A stretch of 44,452 bases of DNA from an uncultured Bacilli bacterium (GCA_944363825.1 CALVVK010000001.1:1-44452); one strand, 5' to 3'. Positions 1 to 8,403 are shown, numbered from the stretch's first letter. The notes: generated from the sequence alone by a model not told the origin. Program-made: numbers and translations.

Positions 1-1323
1 GATGATGGAGCATATCAAGAAAGTAATGTATTTAGTAATTTAAATGATAATACCGAATATACAATAAATGTTAAAGCAGTAGATACAGAAGGTCGAGAAT
101 CAAATCCATATGAACTACAAGTAACAACAGATGAATATATTTTACCAACAATAAGTAATGTAACAGCAAGTAGTACATCAGATAGTATTACATTAAATGT
201 AACTGCTAGTGGTGGAACAGGAAGTATTGTAACATATCATTACTCAAAAGATGATGGGTTAAATTATGAAACAAGCAGTAGTCCAAATTACACATTTAAT
301 GACTTAACAAGTGATGCCACATTTTATTTAAAAGTTTATGTAACTGATAGTAATGGTAGAACTAGTGGGGAATATAGTACAAGTATAGCAACGGAACCAA
401 ATATAACTTATTTGGCTGATTATATCAAGGATACAGTTTATACAGGAACTGATGGCGAAAATGGATTATATTATCATGATGGAGTAGGAACATACACCAA
501 TGCGGCCCAGGAAGCAGGAGATAATTCCTACAGATATGCAGGTGCTAATCCCAATAATTATGTTTGCTTTGCAAGTGATGCAATGACATGTCCGAATGAT
601 AATTTGTACCGAATAATTGGGGTGTTTGGTGATCAAGTGAAATTAATCAAATATGATTATGCAACAAATACACATTTAGGTAGTAATGGGTCGTATGATT
701 CAACAGTGGCATCAAGAAATTATAGTACATACAAGGGAACTTTGAGTACATTATATCTGTATTCCTGGAATAGTAGCACAAGTACAAACGTATGGAGTGG
801 AAGTAATTTAAATACGGTAAATTTAAATACAAATTATATAAATTACTTAAATGGAATAAACTCCAAGTGGAATGACATGATAGAAACGACAAACTGGCAA
901 GTCGGAGGGAATGCATATCAAAATATCTATAATGTAACAGTAAAAAATACATATGCAAATGAAATAGTGAGTCCCGCAACAAACACAACATATAGTGCCA
1001 AAATAGGCTTAATGTATGTGAGTGATTATGGTTATGCAGCAAGTCCAAGTGCATGGACATTAGCAATGAGTGCTTATAATAATAGTACTGCAATTAGTAA
1101 TAACTGGATGTATATGGGAGGCTTTGATTGGACAATTTCCCGTAGATCGAACGATACGTACAATGCATTTATCGTTTATGATGCTGGCTATGTGAACAGC
1201 TACATCGGCGACAGCGTTTCCGCCGGCTTCGGCGTTCGTCCTACATTTTATCTGAAGTCTAATGTTGCAATAACCTCTGGTGATGGCTCGGCTTCAAATC
1301 CTTACAAAGTAGAATTATCTTAG
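1..1323 (+). CDS. Cell-surface protein, 5'-truncated by the window edge: Fn3-like repeats followed by a C-terminal lectin-like domain ending in ...GVRPTFYL. Paralog of 26199..27866.
   Basis: Frame 1 is open from base 1; the track's TTG 'start' at 412 is internal. Two Fn3-like repeats are visible (NVTASSTSDSITLNV...YTFNDLTSDATFYLKVYVTDSNG). The stretch 415-650 is roughly 85-90% identical at the nucleotide level to 26812-27047. Confidence 0.75.
   Translation, partial: DDGAYQESNVFSNLNDNTEYTINVKAVDTEGRESNPYELQVTTDEYILPTISNVTASSTSDSITLNVTASGGTGSIVTYHYSKDDGLNYETSSSPNYTFNDLTSDATFYLKVYVTDSNGRTSGEYSTSIATEPNITYLADYIKDTVYTGTDGENGLYYHDGVGTYTNAAQEAGDNSYRYAGANPNNYVCFASDAMTCPNDNLYRIIGVFGDQVKLIKYDYATNTHLGSNGSYDSTVASRNYSTYKGTLSTLYLYSWNSSTSTNVWSGSNLNTVNLNTNYINYLNGINSKWNDMIETTNWQVGGNAYQNIYNVTVKNTYANEIVSPATNTTYSAKIGLMYVSDYGYAASPSAWTLAMSAYNNSTAISNNWMYMGGFDWTISRRSNDTYNAFIVYDAGYVNSYIGDSVSAGFGVRPTFYLKSNVAITSGDGSASNPYKVELS
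1138..1242 (+). other. GC-rich NNC/NNT-codon block: candidate DGR variable region, copy A
   Basis: About 51% G+C by hand count inside an AT-rich gene. Runs of NNC codons are present (AAC AGC TAC ATC GGC GAC AGC ... TCC GCC GGC TTC GGC). The 3' tail 1219-1242 contains no adenine. Confidence 0.5.
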
Positions 1324-1336
1324 TAGTATAGCCTAA

Positions 1337-1364
1337 AACTTTTACGGTTACAACCGTAAAAGTT
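1337..1364. terminator. Hairpin between convergent genes (11-bp perfect stem)
   Basis: AACTTTTACGG-ttacaa-CCGTAAAAGTT. The T-run is on the minus-strand reading, serving trmB. Confidence 0.6.
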
Positions 1365-1394
1365 GAGAAATATATATAATAAAAAAATGAATTT

Positions 1395-2033
1395 TTAATT
1401 TTTAAAAGATGCATCTAAATAATAAATAGGACGGTTTTCTTTAAAATATTGTTTTTCAAAGTCAGTCATAATATTGGAAATGTTTCGCTCATCATGGTGA
1501 AGATCTAAACTAACAATGTCAAATACATACCAATATTGGGATAATGTTTCTAAGGAATAAGCAAATAAACCTTTGTTATCTGTTTTTAAAATAATATGTT
1601 TATCTTTTTTAAAAATACGGTCATATAATTTTAAATAGGATTCATGAGTGAACCTATTTTTTTCATCCCTTTTTTTGGGCCAAGGTTCGGAGAATGTTAA
1701 ATAAATAGTATCTATTTCTTTTCCAAATATATTTATTATATTACGGGCATCATCTTTGATTAATTTTAAATTAGTTATATTTTCTTTTGCTAGTTTTAAA
1801 GCGCATGTTGCGAGTTGGGAAGCATTTAATTCTAAACCAATAAAGTTGTATTCTGGATATTTTTTGGCCATATTGATGATAAATTCGCCGCGGCCTGTTC
1901 CTAGTTCTAAATAAATAGGCTTGTTGTTATTAAAATAATCATGCCATTTTCCTTTATATTTAGTGGGATTACTGACATAATATTTACTATTATTTAAGAT
2001 ATTATCAGCATTTTTTATAACATTATATTCCAT
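1395..2033 (-). CDS. trmB: tRNA (guanine46-N7)-methyltransferase
   Basis: SAM-binding motif YLELGTGRGEFIINMAKKYPEYNFIGLE. Length and layout are typical of TrmB. Confidence 0.9.
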   Translation of the reverse strand: MEYNVIKNADNILNNSKYYVSNPTKYKGKWHDYFNNNKPIYLELGTGRGEFIINMAKKYPEYNFIGLELNASQLATCALKLAKENITNLKLIKDDARNIINIFGKEIDTIYLTFSEPWPKKRDEKNRFTHESYLKLYDRIFKKDKHIILKTDNKGLFAYSLETLSQYWYVFDIVSLDLHHDERNISNIMTDFEKQYFKENRPIYYLDASFKN

Positions 2034-2114
2034 TTTATCACATCCACTAATATTTTATCATGTCTCATTGTTTTTTTAAAGGGATTATGATAATATAAGG
2101 ATTAGGTGATACAC

Positions 2115-3395
2115 ATGTTTGTTGACGAATTAACTATTAAATTAATGGCAGGGGCTGGTGGTGATGGTTGTACATCATTCAGACGGGAAAAATATGTTCC
2201 GATGGGTGGCCCTGATGGTGGTAATGGCGGTCGGGGGGCTAGTATTATTTTTAAAGTTGATGCTAGTTTAAAAACATTAATTGATTTAAGTTATAGAAAA
2301 ATAATTAAAGGTAATAAGGGGGAAAATGGCAAAGGCTCTAACAAATATGGGAAGAATGCTGAAGATATAATTATCAATGTTCCTGCTGGGACAACTATTT
2401 ATAATGCGGAAACTAATGAAGTAATTGCGGATTTAGTCGAATATAATGAGGAAGTTGTGGTTGCTCGCGGGGGCCGGGGTGGTAAAGGTAATAAGTCTTT
2501 TGCAACTCATGATATTCCAGCGCCGAAATTTAGTGAAAAAGGGGAACCGGGAGAAGAATTAACAGTTCGTTTGGAATTAAAAGTTTTAGCGGATGTAGGT
2601 TTAATCGGGATGCCTAGTGTTGGTAAGTCGACGATTATATCTTTAATTTCTGCGGCAAAACCGAAGATTGCAAGTTATCACTTTACAACCTTGTCTCCCA
2701 ATTTAGGAGTTGTGAAATTGCCAAGTGGTGATGCCTTTGTTATGGCTGATTTGCCAGGCTTAATCGAAGGGGCAAGTGAAGGTGTTGGTTTAGGGATAAA
2801 CTTTTTAAGACATGCCATGCGTACTAAAATTTTGGCCCATGTTATCGATATGGGGGCTAGTGAAGGAAGAGATCCAATTTTAGATTATCAAACAATTCGC
2901 GGGGAATTAGAAAATTATAATGAGATATTAAAAAATAAAAAGGAAATAATTGCTGCCAATAAGATGGATTTACCGGGATCAATAGAGAACTTAAAGAAAT
3001 TTAAGGAAAAATTCCCAAATTTAGAAGTAATTGAAATAAGTTGTATGAATAATACTGGTTTAGACACATTAATTATGACTTTAGCCCAAGAACTTAAAAA
3101 TATTCCGGAAGTAAAATTGTATCAAGATGCAGATTATAAATTATATAAATTTGAAGATACTAAACCTTATAGTATTAAAAGAGATGGTAATATTTGGATA
3201 GTTAGTGGGAAGGAAATTGAAACATTACTTAAGATGACTAAGTTTGAAGAAGATGAAGGGGCTTTAAGATTTGCCCGAAAGTTTAAAGGTATGGGTATTG
3301 AAGATGAATTAGAACGGCTGGGGGCTAAACCTGGTGATGAAGTTCAAATATTAGATTATATGTTTATATTCAAAGATGATGAATATGATAAATGA
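2115..3395 (+). CDS. obg: GTPase Obg/CgtA
   Basis: MFVDELTIKLMAGAGGDGCTSFRREKYVPMGGPDGGNGGRGASIIF, P-loop GMPSVGKST and a C-terminal OCT domain. I prefer the ATG at 2115 (AGGTGA RBS) over the GTG at 2106. Confidence 0.95.
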   Translation: MFVDELTIKLMAGAGGDGCTSFRREKYVPMGGPDGGNGGRGASIIFKVDASLKTLIDLSYRKIIKGNKGENGKGSNKYGKNAEDIIINVPAGTTIYNAETNEVIADLVEYNEEVVVARGGRGGKGNKSFATHDIPAPKFSEKGEPGEELTVRLELKVLADVGLIGMPSVGKSTIISLISAAKPKIASYHFTTLSPNLGVVKLPSGDAFVMADLPGLIEGASEGVGLGINFLRHAMRTKILAHVIDMGASEGRDPILDYQTIRGELENYNEILKNKKEIIAANKMDLPGSIENLKKFKEKFPNLEVIEISCMNNTGLDTLIMTLAQELKNIPEVKLYQDADYKLYKFEDTKPYSIKRDGNIWIVSGKEIETLLKMTKFEEDEGALRFARKFKGMGIEDELERLGAKPGDEVQILDYMFIFKDDEYDK

Positions 3396-3413
3396 TTTAT
3401 TAGCAATTGATAA

Positions 3414-3446
3414 TTTCTAGGAAAAATACATATTTTTTCCTAGAAA
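3414..3446. repeat. CTAG-centred palindrome, copy 1 (13-bp perfect arms, 7-nt spacer)
   Basis: TTTCTAGGAAAAA-tacatat-TTTTTCCTAGAAA. The same arms recur at 16339..16375. No flanking T-run on either strand. Confidence 0.8.
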
Positions 3447-3448
3447 AA

Positions 3449-3790
3449 CTAAATTAAATTTAATACGTCACCAATTTTAAGATTAATACTAGTATTATTG
3501 GGTAAAACTAAAATACTGGTATTTTCTTTTTCTTCGTAAGTATTTATTATTTTAAATTTAGGGATATTACGATAAATATGGGTAATGGCATTTTTAGAAT
3601 TAATAACTAAATAATCATTTTTGTTACTTAGGAAGGTATTAAAGATAGTTTTATTTTTATATAATTTAATTTCTTTATTACGATATTTAATTTTATCAAT
3701 AAAGTTATTTATTAGATATACTTCTTCTAATTTGGCATTTATTAAAATATTCATACAAAATAATATGTTTAATAATTGCAAATAATGCAA
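3449..3790 (-). CDS. Hypothetical protein; weakly supported ORF
   Basis: 113-codon ORF with a TTG start at 3790 or an ATG at 3754. No clear RBS. Asn/Ile/Lys-rich with no recognisable motif. Confidence 0.35.
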   Translation of the reverse strand: MHYLQLLNILFCMNILINAKLEEVYLINNFIDKIKYRNKEIKLYKNKTIFNTFLSNKNDYLVINSKNAITHIYRNIPKFKIINTYEEKENTSILVLPNNTSINLKIGDVLNLI

Positions 3791-3823
3791 TTTGATGGTA
3801 TTATTTTATTGTAGGAGGAAGAT

Positions 3824-4429
3824 ATGAAGAATAATACAAAAATAGTTTTGTTATGTGTGCTATCGATATTAATAGTAATTGCCATGGTGGTAGGAATAAC
3901 CTATTCATTTATGCAAACACATGTTGATGAGAGTATGGTTACGGAAGTAACTCTTACGAGTTGTGCTAAATTAACTTTAAATGATAGTGATATTTCAATT
4001 AGTTTAGAAAATACTAGTCCGATAAGTAAGAATAGGGCGTTGCAAACAACACCATATACTTTTAGGGTTACATCTTCTTGTGAAGGGAGTATAAATTATA
4101 ATTTGTATTTAGCAACTTTAAATAGTAATACCTTAGATGCTAGTAATATTCGGTATATGATAACAGAACATGGGAATACAAACATTATAACTGAGGGCAT
4201 ACTTAGTGATGCTAGTAATGCATTATCTGAATTTAGTGCTGAGGAACAAGCCCAATTAAATAGTGGAATTAATGGGACATTTGCAACTATTTATAAAGTA
4301 TATACTAATAGTTTAGCAGGTGGAGAGACAAATGAATACGACTTATATTTATATGTTGATGAGACTATAACTGCAACGGATACGATGAATAAAACATTTA
4401 CAGTTGGGGTTGCTGCCAAAGCAAGTTAA
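3824..4429 (+). CDS. Secreted or membrane-anchored protein with an N-terminal hydrophobic segment; possibly a SipW-type signal / TasA-camelysin-like protein
   Basis: GGAGG RBS. The N-terminus KIVLLCVLSILIVIAMVVGITYSFMQT loosely resembles the G-T-[FY]-A-[YF]-F SipW-cognate signal end. The family call is uncertain. Confidence 0.6.
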   Translation: MKNNTKIVLLCVLSILIVIAMVVGITYSFMQTHVDESMVTEVTLTSCAKLTLNDSDISISLENTSPISKNRALQTTPYTFRVTSSCEGSINYNLYLATLNSNTLDASNIRYMITEHGNTNIITEGILSDASNALSEFSAEEQAQLNSGINGTFATIYKVYTNSLAGGETNEYDLYLYVDETITATDTMNKTFTVGVAAKAS

Positions 4430-4438
4430 GGGGGTATT

Positions 4439-4996
4439 ATGTATAGTTATATTATTGGGATTGTTAATGAGGTAAATAGTAATAGTATTGTAATTGAATG
4501 TGGAAAGATTGGGTATTTAATATATGTACCTAATCCTTTTAGTTATAAAATTGGGGAAGAATATAAAGTATATGTCTATAATAAGATTGGGGAAGATGAA
4601 TATAGTTTATATGGCTTTAAAACTAAAGATGAATATGAACTTTTCTTAAAATTGATTTCTGTTAAAGGGTTGGGGGCAAAACTGGCATTACCAATTCTCG
4701 CAACCGGTTCAATTAGTGGAATTGTTGATGCGATTGATCGCGAAAATATTTTATATCTTACTAAATTTCCCAAAATTGGGGATAAACTAGCCCGGCAGAT
4801 AATATTGGATTTGAAAGGAAAACTTAATTTTGAAGTTAGTGAGGAATTAGTGAGTGATGAAACTGAGGATTTAATCGATACGCTAACGGCGTTAGGTTAT
4901 AAGAGTAGTGAAATAAAGAAAGTAATTGGGCAAATTGATAAAAGTCTTACTTTGGAAGAACAAGTAAAAGAAGCGTTAAAATTATTGTTAAAGTAG
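4439..4996 (+). CDS. ruvA: Holliday junction branch-migration complex subunit RuvA
   Basis: MYSYIIGIV...GYLIYVP N-terminal OB domain and HhH region LISVKGLGAKLALPIL. Length is 185 aa. Confidence 0.9.
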   Translation: MYSYIIGIVNEVNSNSIVIECGKIGYLIYVPNPFSYKIGEEYKVYVYNKIGEDEYSLYGFKTKDEYELFLKLISVKGLGAKLALPILATGSISGIVDAIDRENILYLTKFPKIGDKLARQIILDLKGKLNFEVSEELVSDETEDLIDTLTALGYKSSEIKKVIGQIDKSLTLEEQVKEALKLLLK

Positions 4997-5002
4997 GTAG
5001 AT

Positions 5003-5422
5003 ATGAAAAAACGTGGGTTTACTTTAGTAGAATTAATGGTCGTAATAGTAATTATTGCCATTATATCGGCGATTGGTTTTGGGGGAATTACTTTATTACA
5101 ACAAAATGTTAAAAAAGGTTTATGGGATGGTAAGGTTGATTTGATACTAAGTGGGGCCGAGTTATATGGGGAAGATAATAAAAATCAGCTTACTAATAGT
5201 TGTACTATAAATGGGGAAGAAAAAAATGCTTGTTTAACAGTTACTGTTCAAGATTTAATTGATACTAATTATGTGCCAACTGATGAAGAAGATAACGAAG
5301 GTAATAAAGTTATTATTAATGAATCGTTAAATGAAGATGATGCTAATTATTATGCTAATGATTTAAAAGTTTATATATATTTAGAAAATAATATTGTTTA
5401 TGCATTTTTAGAAGAAAGTTAA
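5003..5422 (+). CDS. Type IV pilin / ComGC-like pseudopilin with a class III signal peptide
   Basis: MKKRG|FTLVELMVVIVIIAIISAI is a canonical prepilin cleavage and methylation motif. Confidence 0.85.
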   Translation: MKKRGFTLVELMVVIVIIAIISAIGFGGITLLQQNVKKGLWDGKVDLILSGAELYGEDNKNQLTNSCTINGEEKNACLTVTVQDLIDTNYVPTDEEDNEGNKVIINESLNEDDANYYANDLKVYIYLENNIVYAFLEES

Positions 5423-5446
5423 TGGTTAAAACTTTCTTTTTTTGGG
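5412..5446 (+). terminator. Rho-independent terminator after the pilin gene
   Basis: Stem AGAAAGTT/AACTTTCT followed by a T-run of about 8. It overlaps the last codons of the pilin gene. Confidence 0.65.
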
Positions 5447-5479
5447 CTAATGTGATAGAATTAAAAATGGAGGGATAAT

Positions 5480-8110
5480 ATGGAAAAATACGTATATTTG
5501 TTTAATGAAGGAAACAAAGATATGCGCAACCTTCTTGGTGGTAAAGGGGCTAATTTAGCCGAAATGACTAATATTGGTTTGCCGGTGCCAAGTGGGTTTA
5601 CAGTTACAACCGAAGCGTGTAACAAATATTATGATGACGGCGGCATTTTAGCTGATTCGATCATTGCCGAAATTAAAGAAAATTTAGGAAAACTAGAAGA
5701 AAAAACAGGTAAGAAGTTTGGTGATTTAGAAAATCCGCTTTTAGTTAGTGTTAGAAGTGGGGCTAGAGCCAGTATGCCAGGGATGATGGATACTGTTTTG
5801 AACCTTGGTTTAAATGATGAAATTGCTGCGGCTTTTGCGGAAAAAATTGCTAACAAAAGATTTGTTTATGATTCATATCGTCGGTTTATTCAAATGTTTG
5901 CGGATGTCGTAAAAGGATATTCGAAGAGTAAGTTTGAAGAAATCATTGACGAAGTAAAAAAAGAAAAAGGTGTTAAAGATGATATTGAATTAGATGAAAA
6001 TGATATGGTGGCTTTAACTGATAAGTTTAAAGATGCTTATAAGGAATTTGCGGGAGAAGATTTTCCACAAGAACCATTTACCCAATTAATTGAGGCTGTT
6101 AAAGCGGTATTTAGAAGTTGGAATAATGAAAGAGCCATATATTACCGAAGAATAAATGATATTCCATCTAGTTGGGGAACTGCTGTCAATGTTCAAGAAA
6201 TGGTTTATGGTAATAGTGGTAATACTTCCGGTACTGGGGTGGCCTTCACGAGAAACCCAGCAACTGGGGAAAAGAAATTATTTGGGGAATACTTAATTAA
6301 TGCCCAAGGTGAAGATGTTGTTGCGGGTATTAGAACACCTTCAGAAATCGATACTTTGAAAAGTGAAATGCCTGAAGTTTACGAAGAGTTTGCACGGATT
6401 GCCCAAAGTCTTGAAGATCATTACAATGATATGCAAGATATGGAATTTACAATTGAAAATGGTAAGTTGTTTATTTTGCAAACTCGTAATGGTAAACGAA
6501 CTGCTAGTGCGGCGGTAAAAATTGCTGTTGATTTAGTTAATGAAGGAAGAATATCAAAAGAAGATGCTGTTTTAATGGTTGATCCAAAACAACTAGATGC
6601 TTTACTTCACCCAACATTTATTGCTGATGCCCTAAAGAGTGGTAAAGTTATTGGTAAAGGCTTGGCGGCATCGCCGGGGGCTGGAACTGGTAAAATTTAC
6701 TTTACGGCGGAAGATGTAATTAAGGCTAAAAATAAGGGCATTGATGCAATATTAGTACGCCTTGAAACTTCACCGGAAGATATTGAAGGAATGAATTCTA
6801 GTAAAGGTGTTTTGACTATTCGTGGTGGTATGACTAGCCATGCAGCAGTTGTTGCCCGGGGTATGGGAATTTGTTGTGTTTCTGGTGTTGGTTCATTTAC
6901 TTTAAATGAAAAGGCTAAAACCCTTAAGACTAGTGATGGTTTAGTGCTTAAAGAAGGCGATTATATTTCTATTGATGGTTCAACTGGTAATGTTTATGAA
7001 GGTAAATTAGAAATGCAAGAAGCTGCAATTAGTGGGGACTTTGAAACATTTATGTCTTGGGCAGATGAAGCACGCGATATGAAAGTGCGGACAAATGCTG
7101 ATACACCAAAAGATGCAATTCAAGCCAAAGCTTTTGGAGCTGAAGGTATTGGTTTATGCCGGACTGAACACATGTTTTTTGAAAAAGATCGGATCTTTAA
7201 TTTCCGCAAAATGATTTGTGCAACAACGGTTGAAGAACGGAAAAACGCTTTAGAAAAAATATTGCCATATCAAAGAAAAGATTTTGAAGAATTATATGAA
7301 GCGATGGCACCATATAGTGTTGTTATTCGGTATTTGGATCCACCGCTACATGAGTTTTTACCAAAATTACCACATGAAGTTAAAGAATTGGCTGCTGATT
7401 TAGGTAAGAGTGAAGAAGAATTACAACAAATAATTGATTCGTTAAAAGAATTTAATCCAATGATGGGACATCGTGGTTGTCGTTTGGCGATTACTTATCC
7501 GGAAATTGCGGAAATGCAAACGCGAGCAGTTATTGAAGCGGCAATTAATGTTAATAAAAAAGGTATTAAAGTAACACCAGAAATAATGATTCCACTTGTT
7601 GGAGGTGTTAAAGAACTTAAATATGTTAAGAATATAGTTGTGAAAGTGGCTGATGAAATAATTAAAGAATCAGGTATTGATTTAGATTATGAAGTGGGAA
7701 CAATGATTGAAATTCCAAGAGCAGCCTTACTTGCCGATAAAATTGCGGAAGAAGCCGATTTCTTCAGTTTTGGAACGAATGACTTAACTCAAATGACTTA
7801 TGGCTTTAGTCGTGATGATGCTGGTAAGTTCTTAGAAAGTTATTATGAAAAGGGAATATTTGAATCTGATCCATTTGCGCGTGTTGATACCGAAGGTGTT
7901 GGTGAATTAATGTGTATTGCTAGTACTAAAGGTCGGAGTGTTAATAAGGATTTGAGTCTTGGTATTTGTGGAGAACATGGAGGCGATCCATCAAGTATTG
8001 CTTTCTGCGAGTCTTTAGGATTTAATTATGTTTCTTGTTCACCATTTAGAGTGCCAATTGCTAGACTGGCTGCAGCCCAAGCGGCGATCAGAAAAAGAAG
8101 AGAAAAATAA
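5480..8110 (+). CDS. ppdK: Pyruvate, phosphate dikinase
   Basis: 876 aa, with the phosphohistidine motif GGMTSHAAVVARGMG and the PEP-utilising C-terminal domain GLCRTEHMFF. Confidence 0.95.
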   Translation: MEKYVYLFNEGNKDMRNLLGGKGANLAEMTNIGLPVPSGFTVTTEACNKYYDDGGILADSIIAEIKENLGKLEEKTGKKFGDLENPLLVSVRSGARASMPGMMDTVLNLGLNDEIAAAFAEKIANKRFVYDSYRRFIQMFADVVKGYSKSKFEEIIDEVKKEKGVKDDIELDENDMVALTDKFKDAYKEFAGEDFPQEPFTQLIEAVKAVFRSWNNERAIYYRRINDIPSSWGTAVNVQEMVYGNSGNTSGTGVAFTRNPATGEKKLFGEYLINAQGEDVVAGIRTPSEIDTLKSEMPEVYEEFARIAQSLEDHYNDMQDMEFTIENGKLFILQTRNGKRTASAAVKIAVDLVNEGRISKEDAVLMVDPKQLDALLHPTFIADALKSGKVIGKGLAASPGAGTGKIYFTAEDVIKAKNKGIDAILVRLETSPEDIEGMNSSKGVLTIRGGMTSHAAVVARGMGICCVSGVGSFTLNEKAKTLKTSDGLVLKEGDYISIDGSTGNVYEGKLEMQEAAISGDFETFMSWADEARDMKVRTNADTPKDAIQAKAFGAEGIGLCRTEHMFFEKDRIFNFRKMICATTVEERKNALEKILPYQRKDFEELYEAMAPYSVVIRYLDPPLHEFLPKLPHEVKELAADLGKSEEELQQIIDSLKEFNPMMGHRGCRLAITYPEIAEMQTRAVIEAAINVNKKGIKVTPEIMIPLVGGVKELKYVKNIVVKVADEIIKESGIDLDYEVGTMIEIPRAALLADKIAEEADFFSFGTNDLTQMTYGFSRDDAGKFLESYYEKGIFESDPFARVDTEGVGELMCIASTKGRSVNKDLSLGICGEHGGDPSSIAFCESLGFNYVSCSPFRVPIARLAAAQAAIRKRREK

Positions 8111-8118
8111 GAATAAAT

Positions 8119-8146
8119 GAGTTTTAAACGAACTCGTTTTTCTTTT
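8119..8146 (+). terminator. Weak terminator after ppdK
   Basis: 5-6 bp stem GAGTT/AACTC, then GTTTTTCTTTT. Confidence 0.45.
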
Positions 8147-8169
8147 GGGGATTAATTTGTTGAATAATT
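8140..8169 (+). repeat. 30-nt direct repeat, copy 1
   Basis: TTCTTTTGGGGATTAATTTGTTGAATAATT. It is 26/30 identical, without gaps, to 8291..8320. Confidence 0.8.
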
Positions 8170-8183
8170 TGGGTTAAAAATAA

Positions 8184-8212
8184 TTGACAACATCGTTAAT
8201 ATCTGATATAGT
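8184..8212 (+). promoter_or_regulatory. Near-consensus sigma-70-type promoter
   Basis: TTGACA, 17 nt, TATAGT. Confidence 0.6.
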
Positions 8213-8218
8213 TTATAT

Positions 8219-8290
8219 CGAGTAGTGCCTAGGAAACTTTTGAAGCCCTAGGTCATTCAAAACCTAGTTTTCATAACTAGGTTTTTATAT
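8219..8290 (+). ncRNA. Candidate small RNA of about 70 nt, of unknown class
   Basis: It lies between the promoter at 8184 and an 11-bp perfect-stem terminator (AAAACCTAGTT-ttcat-AACTAGGTTTT plus T-run, 8259-8286). A 5' hairpin can form from the two CCTAGG copies (8228-8233 and 8247-8252). No ORF. Confidence 0.45.
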
Positions 8291-8320
8291 TTCTTTTGGG
8301 GGTTAATTAGTTGAACGATT
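8291..8320 (+). repeat. 30-nt direct repeat, copy 2
   Basis: TTCTTTTGGGGGTTAATTAGTTGAACGATT. Like copy 1, it directly follows a terminator T-run. Confidence 0.8.
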
Positions 8321-8350
8321 GAACGATTTATTGAACGATTGAACGATTTT
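8311..8350 (+). repeat. Tandem array: 2 x 20 nt, equivalent to 4 x TTGAACGA
   Basis: TTGAACGATTGAACGATTTA followed by TTGAACGATTGAACGATTTT. The array lies 54 nt upstream of the ATG at 8404. Confidence 0.85.
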
Positions 8351-8403
8351 GCCGTGCAAAAGATTGAAAAATGTAGTATCATATTTTTATGAAGGGTGAC
8401 ATT

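Noticed and set aside
647-1093. 148-aa minus-strand ORF inside the surface-protein gene. Similar antisense ORFs lie at 4576-4773, 5629-5856, 19148-19423, 22841-23167, 23968-24270, 27178-27369, 28751-28969, 33690-33896, 37348-37539 and 39923-40195.
   Set aside because: All lie entirely within well-supported genes on the other strand. They have odd compositions (His/Leu/Tyr- or Ser-rich), no RBS and no recognisable motifs, so I read them as shadow ORFs.
3434-3470. The CTAG palindromes as Xer/dif-like sites (TTCCTAGAA resembles the Bacillus XerC arm)
   Set aside because: The arm reads outward rather than toward the spacer. The resemblance comes from CTAG being self-complementary, and no XerD-type arm follows either copy.
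8311-8350. Possible CRISPR array
   Set aside because: The repeats are only 8-20 nt, directly adjacent with no unique spacers, and no cas genes are present.
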